DNA of 64,000 bases from Macrostomum lignano (lineage: Eukaryota): the NCBI GenBank assembly GCA_002269645.1, contig NIVC01003038.1, positions 1 to 64,000 of the forward strand, written 5' to 3'. This document shows positions 12,401-23,777 of this stretch, one piece after another. Position 1 is the stretch's first letter. Each line of letters opens with the position of its first letter. The notes under the pieces are model-generated. The model was given only the letters and a program-made list of their open reading frames with translations, searched no databases and was not told the origin of the DNA. The position numbers and the translations under genes are program-made.

Positions 12401-15400
12401 ATTAACTGACTGACTAATTAACTGACTGACTGACTGACTAACTAACTGACTGACTAACCAACTGACTGACTAACTAATTAACTGGCTGACTGACTGACTA
12501 ACAAACAAACTAACTGACTAACTAACTGACTGACTAACCAACTGACTGACTAACTAACTGACTAACTGACTGACTAACTGACTAACTGACTGACTAACTG
12601 ACTGACTGACTGACTGACTAACTGACTGACTAACTGACTAACTAACTGACTAACTGACTAACTGACTGACTAACTGGTTACCCCAATCGGGACAATAAAA
12701 TGGGGGCAGAGAAGCTACAGGGCCGCAGAGTTTGCTCTGGTAGATAGGTAGATAGATATAAAAGGACCAGTAGGCATTCGGGAGGGAGGATTATCAGGCG
12801 ATCCAGAACAGCATCCCATGCACTCTACTAACAGTAAGTGTGCATAACAACCAGAAATGCGTTACCAAGGATGGCGAAGTGAAGAGCTGCACAGACAGCT
12901 GAGCAATAGAGTCCTCCTGATGATGCATGTCCACGCAGAATCTCTCAAATATTTGCTCCTGATTCACAGCGTACAGAGCGGCAATCTGGCGCTTGTAGCT
13001 GGCCTTCATCAGCAGCGACTTGATCAGCATCTCGATAAAGGATTTGCGAGCTGCTTTCCACAGGTGATCGGTGTGCACCAGCAGGTAGTACACCAGAGGC
13101 TGCCCTGGTGCCCATTCGGTGCCGGGCAAGTTATCAACGGGGGCCAGAAGGCTTTTGCAGAACAGCTCGTGCAGACCGTCTGGAAAATGTGCAGGCCTTG
13201 CGTGAAATACCATTATGTACAATCCACTGACCAGAATCATGTACAATGCACTGACCAGAATCATGTACAATCCACTGACCAGAATCATGTACAATCCACT
13301 GACCAGAATCATGTACAATGCACTGACCAGAATCATGTACAATGCACTGACCAGAATCATGTACAATCCACTGACCAGAATCATGTACAATCCACTGACC
13401 AGAATCATGTACAATCCACTGACCAGAATCATGTACAATCCACTGACCAGAATCATGTACAATCCACTGACCAGAATCATGTACAATGCACTGACCAGAA
13501 TCATGTACAATCCACTGACTAGAATCATGTTCAATGCACTGACCAGAATCATGTACAATGCACTGACCAGAATCATGTACAATGCACTGACCAGAATCAT
13601 GTACAATGCACTGACCAGAATCATGTACAATCCACTGACTAGAATAATGTACAATGCACTGACCAAAATCATGTACAATGCACTGATCCCAAATCATGTA
13701 CAAACTCACCAGACTGCTTAATAAGCTGGCCCAGCCAGCTCAGCAGGTACAAGCACATTGATTGATAGGCGAACGACACTGAGCGGACAGGGTAGCAACC
13801 GAGCTCGAAGCCGCTGGACTCCCTGATGGTGCCGCGAATCTCTGAGCACAACTTCTTGGCTGAGGCCCAGTCGGACAAGCTTACAACGCTTCGACCGTCG
13901 TTATCAACCACAGTGGCAAAGTGATTGGCATCGTGCTCATCGACGCCCAGACACTGGGTCAGCGTGTTGATTACCTGGTTGCGATGCAAGTTTTATTTAT
14001 AGATAGCTATGGATAGCATAAGGCCTGAGTTGTCTTGTCTGTTGTTACATAGACATGTAAATTTCTGATGCCATTTGTCACATTGACCTATAAGTTTCTG
14101 ATGCCATTTGTCAAATTGACCTATAAGTTTCTGATGCCATTTGTCACATTGACCCTCAAGTTTCTGATGCCGTTGTCACATTGACCATCAAGTTTCTGAT
14201 GCCGTTGTCACATTGACCCTCAAGTTTCTGATGCCGTTGTCACATTGACCCTCAAGTTTCTGATGCCGTTGTCACATTGACCCTCAAGTTTCTGATGCCA
14301 TTTGTCACATTGACCCTCAAGTTTCTGATGCCGTTGTCACATTGACCCTCAAGTTTCTGATGCCGTTTGTCACATTGACCCTTATGTTTCTGATGCCATT
14401 TGTCACATTGACCCTTAAGTTTCTGATGCCATTTGTCACATTGACCCTTAAGTTTCTGATGCCATTTGTCACATTGACCCTTAAGTTTCTGATGCCATTT
14501 GTCACATTGACCCTTATGTTTCTGATGCCATTTGTCACATTGACCCTTAAGTTTCTGATGCCCTTTGTCACATTGACCCTTAAGTTTCTGATGCCCTTTG
14601 TCACATTGACCCTTATGTTTCTGATGATATTTCGCCTGAATCGAACTCTCTCTTACCTGCGGATAGCTGTGAACTTCATCATTGTACAGCACAGAGGCGT
14701 ATTGCCCGCCAGCCTCAGCGTCAGACTCGGAGGTATCCGTGCGCTCGCCGTGTGGCAGCCAGCGGCGCAGCAGATTAAGATCCACCTCATCCAAGCGGTC
14801 TACGTTGCTTGGCAACCGGATACGATACTCCAGCAGGGTCAGGTGCAGGGCTAGCTGCAGTACCTGCAATATTCAATGCGTAAGATTACATTGATTAGTA
14901 GAAGTACTGCTAATCATCATTAAGGAGTTATCAATTCCTAGATTCACGATTCAGATCCTAACAAAAGAAGCACTTAATTATATTCTCAATACTCTTAGAT
15001 CAAATCGTTTTTACAACTAAACTCCCATTTTTTTAAATCCCAAACTAAATTAGAAAAATTACAAACTATATGAGCGTACTATCTTCCACTTCGGATCACC
15101 AATCCCATCCTTTAGGATCTTTAATCCTATCCTTTAGGATCCCCAATCCCATCCTTTAGGATCTTTAATCCCATCCTTTAGGATCCCCAATCCAATCCTT
15201 TAGGATCCCCAATCCAATCCTTTAGGATCCCCAATCCAATCCTTTAGGATCCCCAATCCAATCCTTTAGGATCCCCAATCCCATTCTTTAGGATCCCCAA
15301 TCCAATCCTTTAGGATCCCCAATCCAATCCTTTAGGATCCCCAATCCCATCCTTTAGGATCTTCAATCCTATCCTTTAGGATCCCCAATCCCATCCTTTA

Positions 15401-17410
15401 GGATCTTTAATCCCATCCTTTAGGATCCCCAATCCCATCCTTTAGGATCCCCAATCCAATCCTTTAGGATCCCCAATCCAATCCTTTAGGATCCCCAATC
15501 CCATTCTTTAGGATCCCCAATCCAATCCTTTGGGATCCCCAATCCAATCCTTTAGGATCCCCAATCCAATCCTTTAGGATCCCCAATCCCATTCTTTAGG
15601 ATCCCCAATCCAATCCTTTAGGATCCCCAATCCAATCCTTTAGGATCCCCAATCCAATCCTTTAGGATCCCCAATCCAATCCTTTAGGATCCCCAATCCC
15701 ATTCTTTAGGATCCCCAATCCAATCCTTTAGGATCCCCAATCCAATCCTTTAGGATCCCCAATCCCATTCTTTAGGATCCCCAATCCAATCCTTTAGGAT
15801 CCCCAATTCGATTATTAGGATCCTTAATCCAATCCTTTAGAATCTCCAATCCCATCTTTAAGAACCTTCAATCCCATCCTTTAGGATCCCCATTCCGATC
15901 ATAAGATCCCCAATCCCACCACAAAATCCCCATTTCCATCATAAAATCTCCAATCCCACAACAAAATGCCCAATCCCACAACAAAATCCCCATTTCCATC
16001 ATAAAATCCCCAATCCCACAACAAAATCCCCAATCCCATCAAGTGTCAGCGAGCGGACAGACCTGATTGCAGATTGCGCGAAAGCGATCTGCCATGCCAG
16101 CCGGCAGTTTTTCGACGGGGGACACGGGGGCGCCCGACTGACTGCCGGCTTGCCGCTCGTGCAGGGAGCACCGGTGATAGCGCTTGAACGCTTCGGGATC
16201 GCCGCAATCGCAGTAGCCGCCGTTGCCCGAGGACAGGTGCATCTGCGGTTTGTTTAATGAGAGGTATTGAGGTGTTAAATTTAAGCCTAGTGACGTGGGC
16301 CTGCCATGGCAACCATATTGTATACCATGGCACCCATATTTTAGAGCATGGCACCCATATTGTATACAATCGTTCCCATATTTATAACATGTGACAATCA
16401 CATACCCTGGTATTTTACAGTTTGGCAACCATACGTCTTGTATAGCATGGCAATTATCTCGTGTCACATAGCAGCCAATATTGCACGCTATGGCAAGACA
16501 AGCTTATTGAAGGAAGCTAGGTATAGTTTCAAAATTAACAGGCGGATTCTGTACAATAAATATCACCCCAAAATACAGTATGGTTGCCAAGGTACACAAT
16601 ATGGTTTCCAAGGTACACAATATGGTTGCCAAGGTACACAATATGGTTGCCATGGGACACAATATGGTTGTTAAGGGACACAATATTGTTGTCATGGGAC
16701 ACAATATGGTTGCCATGGGACACAATACGGTTGTCAAGGGACACAATATTGTTGCCATAAGACACAATATGGTTGTTAAGGGACACAATATTGTTGCCAT
16801 GGGACACAATATGGTTGCCAAGGTACACAATATGGTTGCCATGGCACACAATATGGTTGTTAAGGGACACAATATGGTTGCCATGGCACACAATATGGTT
16901 GTTAAGGGACACACATCGGCAGTGAAAATTTCTAAACAACTTTCTGAATTTGCGGCAACTCACCTTATAATTATGGTTCTTGTGCTCCGAGTGCACAAAG
17001 CAATTGTTGCACATGACAGATGTTGGATCGGCCGTGCAATCACTGTAATGATTTATGCATAAACAAACTGTAGTCAAACATTAGCACGAAACGAAGCACA
17101 CTGGTTTTAAAACTCACTGGCAAGTGAAAACTGGCTCGTTATTCTTTAAAATGTAGCCACAGATCCCAGGATTTTTATCCTGCGTCAGCTTCTCAAATTC
17201 CACGTCAGGCGTGGCGCTGGCGGTAATGAACTGCTCCAACGGAGAGAGGATCTGATTTCGAGCCAATACATCGAGAAATAGCAAATCTGGTCGTACTTTC
17301 GGCGCAAACACTTTTGGCCCGCTGTTAAAGAACAGTTGCTTAAGGCCTTCGCCTAGCTGGCCCGCTTGATAGTATGATTGTAGATTGCGATCCTGAAAGT
17401 TGCTGGACAT
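3090..17410 (-). CDS. UBR1/UBR2: E3 ubiquitin-protein ligase UBR1/UBR2 family (N-recognin), 13 coding exons, three frame lesions in this sequence
   Basis: Spliced translation gives a UBR box (CGYILKNNEPVFTCHDCTADPTSVMCNNCFVHSEHKNHNYKMHLSSGNGGYCDCGDPEAF), a ClpS-like domain (VLYNDEVHSYPQVINTL), the conserved WKRNG motif, a RING-H2 (CLLCQ..CGHAMHRSC..LCPLC) and the C-terminal domain (PYVDRYGETD..LRRGQPL). Exons read with GT/AG ends: 17118-17410, 16964-17042, 16063-16242, 14657-14863, 13710-13974, 12866-13179, 11551-12152, 10291-10950, 8950-9763, 6968-7563, 5595-6053, 4080-4732, about 3090-3429. Phases match at every junction except exon 8/9. Confidence 0.95.
4080..4732 (-). CDS. UBR1/UBR2: UBR exon 12 (frameshift near 4560-4570; alternative acceptor gives start 4770)
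   Basis: ICLTLPSD..(frame switch)..LLRCAAIFY..LVSLPTDYTDLL..CLACGKLVCSNSNCCQ..HAVMCTG. Confidence 0.82.
4805..5548. repeat. 20/21-bp minisatellite with 42-bp dimers (GGGATTCCCCTACTAGAAAT), UBR intron 11
   Basis: Tandem copies, graded in sequence along the array. Confidence 0.93.
5595..6053 (-). CDS. UBR1/UBR2: UBR exon 11
   Basis: VCEVRGLG..LVAGAHVFQ; 459 nt, phase 0/0. Confidence 0.88.
6243..6520 (-). mobile_element. tRNA-derived SINE with CORE-like body, in UBR intron 10
   Basis: The minus strand reads A box TAGCCTAGTGGT and B box GGTTCGATTC. The plus strand CCCATTTTACAGCTGGGTGAACTGAAGC..AAGTGTCTTGCTCAAGGACAC resembles the MIR/CORE domain. The 3' boundary is approximate. Confidence 0.75.
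6968..7563 (-). CDS. UBR1/UBR2: UBR exon 10 (RING-H2)
   Basis: TCLLCQE..SSCGHAMHRSCY..YLCPLCQQLCNCALP; donor AAG|GTATGC. Confidence 0.92.
7672..8857. repeat. 21-bp minisatellite (GTGAAATGTTGATAAAGGAGT), UBR intron 9
   Basis: About 55 copies; explains the MLIKECE / ISHSFIN ORFs. Confidence 0.97.
8950..9763 (-). CDS. UBR1/UBR2: UBR exon 9
   Basis: GEFHLREQHYSRFNPFY..RDRLMAKMMRMQKNF; CTAAC branch point and TGTCAG acceptor, phase 0. Confidence 0.9.
9841..10181. repeat. 22/23-bp minisatellite (TTTCAGCGGGTACCCCTCAGGTA), UBR intron 8
   Basis: About 15 copies with a GGGTACCC palindromic core. Confidence 0.93.
10291..10950 (-). CDS. UBR1/UBR2: UBR exon 8
   Basis: AQIAAGLWKRNG..DLHLVQ..VCERRVPGVG..PQSHSKL; donor AG|GTGCGT ends in phase 2, which conflicts with exon 9. 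Confidence 0.9.
10980..11470. repeat. 41-bp minisatellite (CAGTGAGATTCTGAGATGGGAGATTTCYAACAGTTTTTGAG), UBR intron 7
   Basis: About 11-12 copies. Confidence 0.96.
11551..12152 (-). CDS. UBR1/UBR2: UBR exon 7
   Basis: AMYLITEQ..GHIGFDFEWEMPF..ISHFQPLVR; donor AG|GTGAGA, phase 2. Confidence 0.9.
12203..12676. repeat. (CTAA/CTGA)n tetranucleotide repeat, UBR intron 6
   Basis: Direct reading. Confidence 0.96.
12866..13179 (-). CDS. UBR1/UBR2: UBR exon 6
   Basis: DGLHELFCKSLL..HLWKAARK..QLSVQLFTSPSL; acceptor TTTTCCAG. Confidence 0.9.
13214..13700. repeat. 24-bp minisatellite (ATGTACAATSCACTGACCAGAATC), UBR intron 5
   Basis: About 20 copies. Confidence 0.96.
13710..13974 (-). CDS. UBR1/UBR2: UBR exon 5 (ClpS-like domain)
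   Basis: VINTLTQCLGVDEHDANHFATVVDNDGRSVV; donor G|GTGAGT, phase 1. Confidence 0.9.
14060..14626. repeat. 32/33-bp minisatellite (TTTCTGATGCCATTTGTCACATTGACCCTYAAG), UBR intron 4
   Basis: About 17 copies. Confidence 0.96.
14657..14863 (-). CDS. UBR1/UBR2: UBR exon 4 (start of ClpS-like domain)
   Basis: VLQLALHL...VLYNDEVHSYPQ; donor CAG|GTAAGA. Confidence 0.9.
15098..16038. repeat. 22-bp minisatellite (CCCCAATCCAATCCTTTAGGAT) grading into a ~20/40-bp variant, UBR intron 3
   Basis: Direct reading. Confidence 0.95.
16063..16242 (-). CDS. UBR1/UBR2: UBR exon 3 (end of UBR box)
   Basis: MHLSSGNGGYCDCGDPEAFKRYHRCSLHE; 180 nt, phase 0/0. Confidence 0.9.
16578..16913. repeat. 21-bp minisatellite (GGKACACAATATGGTTGYYAW), UBR intron 2
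   Basis: About 16 copies, plus a few degenerate copies near 16300-16350. Confidence 0.94.
16964..17042 (-). CDS. UBR1/UBR2: UBR exon 2 (UBR box)
   Basis: DCTADPTSVMCNNCFVHSEHKNHNYK; acceptor TTACAG, donor AAG|GTGAGT. Confidence 0.9.
17118..17410 (-). CDS. UBR1/UBR2: UBR exon 1 (ATG; start of UBR box)
   Basis: MSSNFQDRN...CGYILKNNEPVFTC; donor CA|GTGAGT. An upstream UTR exon is not excluded. Confidence 0.85.
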
Positions 17411-17446
17411 AGTCAATCCTTGATAGCAGGGACCCCAGTGAGTGTC

Positions 17447-17739
17447 GGATCCCAGTGATGGACCAGACTGAGGGTGCTGAATGGATCCCAGTGATGGACC
17501 AGACTGAGGGTGCTGAATGGATCCCAGTGATGGACCAGACTGAGGGTGCTGAATGGATCCCAGTGATGGACCAGACTGAGGGTGCTGAATGGATCCCAGT
17601 GATGGACCAGACTGAGGGTGCTGAATGGATCCCAGTGATGGACCAGACTGAGGGTGCTGAATGGATCCCAGTGATGGACCAGACTGAAGGTGCTGAATGG
17701 ATCCCAGTGATGGACCAGACTAAGCATTGGATCCCAGTG
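17447..17739. repeat. 36-bp tandem repeat (GGATCCCAGTGATGGACCAGACTGAGGGTGCTGAAT) just upstream of the UBR ATG
   Basis: About 8 near-identical head-to-tail copies, no spacers. Confidence 0.96.
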
Positions 17740-18639
17740 AAATAATACATAGTTTAATGACTTTCAATTAAAGTGAACATAATAACAGTTGTAGAGAATT
17801 CTATTAATATATCATTCTTAGAAATGCATTAAATTGATAACAAAATATATTTATTATTAATATTTCTAATAAATAAATTTAAAAGACTAATGAGTACTTA
17901 GATTGACAATCTAGTAAATTGCCATGCTGTAGGACTATTGACTAACTACATAATAGCTTGCAGAAAATTGGGGTATTCAATGACTCAATCTACAAGATCT
18001 TGACTAAAGACTTTAACCTATAAGGTCCATACAAAGTAGGTTGCAATTTTTCTTACTAATGACTAATAGAATTTCTAGGTTGCCATGTGTACCTCCAACT
18101 TGTAGCAATATTAGTAGGAAGTTAAACTAAAGTGGCAAAATTATATATGGAGATAGTTTGGTTCTATTTGATCCTAGAAGGTTATCAGATCTATTGAGCA
18201 ACCAAAAATCATGTATATGATATATTTTAACCACCATAGCCTACTATTTAACTAGCCAGTGCAAGCAAAACAGTCAATGGTAATATTTTGTTTATATCTA
18301 TTGATACTAAAAAAGTCTTAACAATTAAGCTTTGAAAATATCTGGGGGATGCTTGCTATCTGTAGGATGCTTGCTATTTAGGTGATGCTTCAATAATATT
18401 TGGGGGATACTTGCTATTTGCAGATATATACTATCTGGGGTTATGCTTAGTATCTAGGTGGATGCTTACTACAAGCATTAGGAGGTGCTTGCTATATGTG
18501 GTTGCTTACTTTTGGAAGGGGTACTTGCTATCTGGGGGGATGCTTGCTGTCTTGGAAATATTTTCTAGTTAGGTGAAATGTCAGCTATCTTTGTGAAAGC
18601 TGTATTTTGTTGTCTGTTTGTTAATTTTAGAAAAAAAAT

Positions 18640-18960
18640 AGATCATTTACATGTATTGCTTTCATTTATATGATTGTAAACTGAAGCTGAGAGGGGGGTA
18701 GCATGCAGGGAATAGAGTGTCAATGTGACTACATATCTTTGACACCCCCTCAACTTCAATATATATCATTTAAATGAAAGCAATATATGTAAATGATTGT
18801 GAACCAAAGCTAGGCCCTAGCATATATATTTATTAAGATAGTGATCAATTTCAGATAATGCTTGTAGAATACCAAAACCCCTGTTATATACACACTAGCT
18901 TTCGTTCACAATCATTTGCATGTATTGCTTCTATTTAAATGATTGCGAACCAAAGAAGAT
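18640..18960. repeat. Alternating inverted repeats (hairpin cluster)
   Basis: TCATTTACATGTATTGCTTTCATTTATATGAT (about 18643) pairs with about 18766-18797; about 18780-18813 pairs with about 18895-18928. Confidence 0.7.
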
Positions 18961-19114
18961 ATATAAGCTCAGTTTAACAATTTTATGTTTATTTCAAGCA
19001 TACAATGATCACTTAAAAAATACATGGATTGTAAACCAAAATGTGGGTGGAAAAATGATTGTAAACCAAAGGAATGCCAAAATGTTTGCCATTTAGAGAC
19101 TAATATTAATAATA

Positions 19115-19676
19115 GGACCTATATGTTTCAAATAAAAAAGATAGACCTACCAAAGAATAGGCTTAAAATTTACAAAGTTTTATATTTTTTATTTCTATCA
19201 TCTAAGGTTATTAGAAAATATTTAGGCCTAATACTTTTCATATAACCCTTGTAATTATATATTTTATCATTTTAAGATAAGGTAAGCCAAGGATATTTAT
19301 TAGAAAATATAAAACTTTTCATTAAGGGTTTAAAGATACCCTAGAATCATCATTTGGTTTTTAGATAAAATCATTAATAACTTTTTTCTACTTGTGCAAT
19401 AAACTAAAGCGAACATTAATTGGAAAGAAAAAATGTTTTGAACAACTTTGGGGCAGTTTTATTTTATTACATTACATATAAAACTTTTTTTGCTTTCTAT
19501 GCGAGAATGTCAAAAAATGACACTTTCATATTTGGTTGATGATATCTTACCCTAACTTTAATAATTATAAGTGATTATAAAAGACCATAATGATAAGGCC
19601 ATTAAGGGTTATATGAAAAGTTAATATTTTTCTAATAACCTTAAAAATGATAAAATAGAGCAAAAAATATAGGGCC
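19115..19676. mobile_element. Degenerate TA-flanked MITE-like element
   Basis: Ends GGACCTATAT / ATATAGGGCC, both flanked by TA. Internal arms pair: CTTTTCATATAACCCTT (about 19233) with AAGGGTTATATGAAAAG (about 19604). Confidence 0.5.
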
Positions 19677-21071
19677 TAAGCCAAGCCAACCAGAGCCAGA
19701 GTTTAATACAATTAAACTAGACTGGAGTTACAGGATTTAAAGAATTTGTAAAATAATACAAACAAAATTGAATTCTATAAAATATAGCTTTGTATTTGTA
19801 AAGATAATGTAAATAACTCGTTTGCACCCGTCACCAGACAGACAGACCTACAATCAAATAAAACACAATAAACTTCTTTATTTAGGCACATAGCAATATG
19901 CGTCATGATTGCGACTTCAGTCAATGATATTAAGACTTAAGAGCTACAAATAAAGTTTCAGAATAAACGAGTCGAATGAACTCAAGGGTCCATCATTGTG
20001 TCCGAAATGTAACATTTGAGAATATTCATTTTTGTGGGTAAAAGAAGAACAACTGATGGCAGCAATGTTGAGCACACTGCCTTAAGTAAAAGTTAAAAAC
20101 ATTTTGAAATCCTTGTAAAAGCATGATTAAAAGAGCCGTAAAACGAGTAAATTTGTTTTTTCTGATATATTCTTTGTTTTGACTTAACATAAACGTTAAA
20201 TCTGAGAGTTCTAATTCAATTTCTAAGTTTTTCTACGAAACACAAACATAACATGAAAATAATTGCTTTTTCATTCCATTCATTCCATTCCATTCCATTC
20301 AGTTCCATTTCATTCCATTCAGTGTGTGTGTGTATATGTTTCTTTTGAGCAAGAGTCAACTTAAAATAATTTTACTTTAAGTTACAAGCTACAAACCTTA
20401 ATTGTAATTTTTTTTCAATCTCGACAGCTTGTAGTGTCTTTGATCCTCAATTACAGATTAACACTTTAATTGTAGCTCGGTACCTACCATAAACGAAGCT
20501 TGATAGTTTTTAAACGTCTCTTGGCACAGAACATTTGTACTTATATTTTTTTAAATTTTATACGTCGCTCGTAGCTTAGCTTAGATTAATATGCAGTTCT
20601 CTCCTAATTATTTCTTACTCTATTTTAAAAAATCAGTTTTTTAATGAAAGAAAAACCTAACGATCCATTTGTAGCATTTTATTCGCCAGTAAAAAAATCT
20701 AGTACGTATGAAAATTTTAATTTTTGAAAAGTAAGGTCTCAAAGCACCTAAAAAATTAACTGGTCACATAAGTAAGTCAAAATAGTTCTAATTTACTATA
20801 GCTGACTTTTTAAGTTTCTAAAAGAGTTAAATTTTATTTTTTTTTAATGTTAGTGATTTTAACATAAGGTGCGTCCTTATATTTTTTTAAAAAAGGTGCT
20901 TTAAAAATTTGTTTAATTTATTACTTTTATAACACAAATTACAAGAGGTTTTTGAGGCAAAAAATATAGGAATCATTACTTCACAAAGCTACATATTTCA
21001 ATGTGTAAAAGTGTTCATAAGAACCGTAAATAAAAAATCAATCAAAGCCATTCCAGCAAACTGTGAACAAA

Positions 21072-21851
21072 ATGTCGTCAGAAGAAGCCAATGTCGGAGG
21101 CGCAGCCGAAAGCGCCGAAGCCGAACAGAGCGGCTACGAGTCGGTGCTCTGCGTGAAGCCCGATGTGAAAGTTTTCCGCCTACCGCCTCGCCAGTCGAAT
21201 CGGGCCGTACGCGCGGCCGACTGGCAGCTGGAGTCGCCCGATTGGTCCGGCCGGCTGCGCGTGGTGGCCAACGGCAGCCAGCTGTGGGTGCGGCTGGAGG
21301 ACAAGACTAGCGGAGTCCTGTTCGCCCGCTGTCCGGTGGACGCGCATCCCGGCCTGGCCATCGAGCCCGTGGCCGACTCCAGTCGCTATTTCGTTCTGCG
21401 CATCCGCGATGACTCCGGCCGAAGCGCCTTCGTTGGCATCGGATTCGACGATCGGAGCGACGCCTTCGACTTCAACGTGGCCGTGCAGGATCACTTCAAG
21501 TGGCTGCGGCAGGAGGAGGAGGCGCGCCAGGCCGCCAAGGAGATGGAGGCCGGGCCGAAGCTGGACCTCGGCTTCAAGGAGGGCCAGACCATCAAGATCA
21601 ACATCAACACTCGCCGGACTGCCGACTCGTCGACGGCCAGCGGTGGCGCCAGTGAAGCTTTGACCAAGTCGCCGAGGCGGGAAAGACAGGTGGGGGTGGC
21701 TGGTGGGGCTGGCGGCCTCGGACTGCTGCCTCCGCCGCCCAGCAGCGGGCGGAACACCCATTCCAGGGGCGGAAGCGGGGGCGGAAGCGGGGGCGGAAGC
21801 GAAGGCGGCGCTGGGAGCAACCTGCCCGATTTACTGGACAGCCTGGGCTGA
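21072..21851 (+). CDS. NECAP: Adaptin ear-binding coat-associated protein (NECAP), intronless, 259 aa
   Basis: PHear domain signature [60 protein letters not shown], followed by [15 protein letters not shown]. The first ATG is at 21072. Confidence 0.96.
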   Translation: MSSEEANVGGAAESAEAEQSGYESVLCVKPDVKVFRLPPRQSNRAVRAADWQLESPDWSGRLRVVANGSQLWVRLEDKTSGVLFARCPVDAHPGLAIEPVADSSRYFVLRIRDDSGRSAFVGIGFDDRSDAFDFNVAVQDHFKWLRQEEEARQAAKEMEAGPKLDLGFKEGQTIKININTRRTADSSTASGGASEALTKSPRRERQVGVAGGAGGLGLLPPPPSSGRNTHSRGGSGGGSGGGSEGGAGSNLPDLLDSLG

Positions 21852-22039
21852 TCAGCCGTGCATCGCAAACTTCTTGCCACTTGCAATTTTTCATGAAATT
21901 CCCAACTATTTCTTGTAGAATGCAGGTAAGCCCTGCAGAAGTGTATGCCATAGATATTCACTTGTGGATTTCAGCTGAATTTAAGCCTTTTTCCGCTCAT
22001 CAGCCTCTCTCTCAGTGTTTGTCTAAGTGTTTGTATTTT

Positions 22040-22060
22040 GTGTCTGTCTGTCTGTCTGCC

Positions 22061-22091
<31 letters not shown>

Positions 22092-22130
22092 ATGTCTGTC
22101 TTTCTGTCTGTGTGTGTGTGTGTGTGTGTG

Positions 22131-22167
<37 letters not shown>

Positions 22168-22178
22168 GCCTGCCTGCC

Positions 22179-22243
<65 letters not shown>

Positions 22244-22302
22244 GTCTGTCTGTCTGTCTGTCTATCTGTCTGTCTGTCTATCTGTCTGTCTGTGTGTGTC
22301 TA

Positions 22303-22375
<73 letters not shown>

Positions 22376-22432
22376 GTGTGTCTATCTGTCTGTCTGTGTG
22401 TCTGTATGTGTGTGTGTCTGTCTGTCTGTCTG
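22040..22432. repeat. (TCTG)n/(TG)n microsatellite
   Basis: Direct reading. Confidence 0.97.
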
Positions 22433-23262
22433 ATGCTTTTTAGGGCCCCGTTTTGAAATGGTACAAACGGTCCAACAGAAAATCAAATTTTGGCACGTTC
22501 CCTCAAATTTCATTGCAAGATTTGTCTCCTAATTATGCTGTTATGTTTATTGACTTGCAGTTATTCCCATTCTCATAATTAACCAGCTTTAAGAAATGGC
22601 GATTCTACCTCTACTTCCGCACTATGACCATATATCTTCGTTTAAATTCAATTCTAGTCGTTTCTAGTCGCTCGGTCTACACATAAAATTAGCTTTTAGA
22701 ATGTTTTTAACTCTACTTTCAGTAGTTTTAGTGAAAGTAGGCGATTTCTGTTCTATTTTAAATTTGTATTCGATTTACCACATGTATCAAAAGAAACTTT
22801 ATTATCATAGAAAAGTTTTATTTTCGTGAAATATATTTTAGCTACGGGTATGTCAGTCGATATGATTCCACAAGTACATTTCAAAAAAATGTGATTGCAG
22901 TTAGTCTTTAAGTCCGTTTATCTAGTCAAGTCTTTTTGCAATATGCACACGCGTACTTAGCATTAATTTTTGTTGTGCATCTACATTGACGAATCATTTT
23001 TAGCTCGAATTATGTTATCATTCACAAACTTAAAACATTTTTACGCATAATAATTCATAAAATACATCAAGACGGCTGCGTATGCTTTTACCCATCTCGA
23101 AATTGTTTTAATAAAGAAACTCTTTCTCTTGTCAAGACTCTTTTCATTCATTCGAAACTACGGAATCATAAATAAGCAGACTGTCGGAGATTTAATTTAG
23201 ACTGCTGAGAAAAGTAGACTAAATGACGAATAAAGCCTTATATCATAAAGAATCTAAAACAA

Positions 23263-23272
23263 AAAGACAGAC

Positions 23273-23304
<32 letters not shown>

Positions 23305-23309
23305 CAGAA

Positions 23310-23382
<73 letters not shown>

Positions 23383-23383
23383 C

Positions 23384-23429
<46 letters not shown>

Positions 23430-23453
23430 TGAAAGACAGACAGACAGACAGGC

Positions 23454-23498
<45 letters not shown>

Positions 23499-23515
23499 CA
23501 CAGACAGACAGACAC

Positions 23516-23546
<31 letters not shown>

Positions 23547-23549
23547 CAC

Positions 23550-23592
<43 letters not shown>

Positions 23593-23602
23593 GGCGTTCA
23601 AG

Positions 23603-23633
<31 letters not shown>

Positions 23634-23663
23634 ACAGACAGACAGACAGACAGACAGACGCAC

Positions 23664-23718
<55 letters not shown>

Positions 23719-23740
23719 GGCAGGCAGGCAGGCGTTCAAG

Positions 23741-23777
<37 letters not shown>

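Noticed and set aside
17447-17739. 36-bp repeats resembling a CRISPR array
   Set aside because: The copies are head-to-tail with no unique spacers, there are no cas genes, and the context is eukaryotic.
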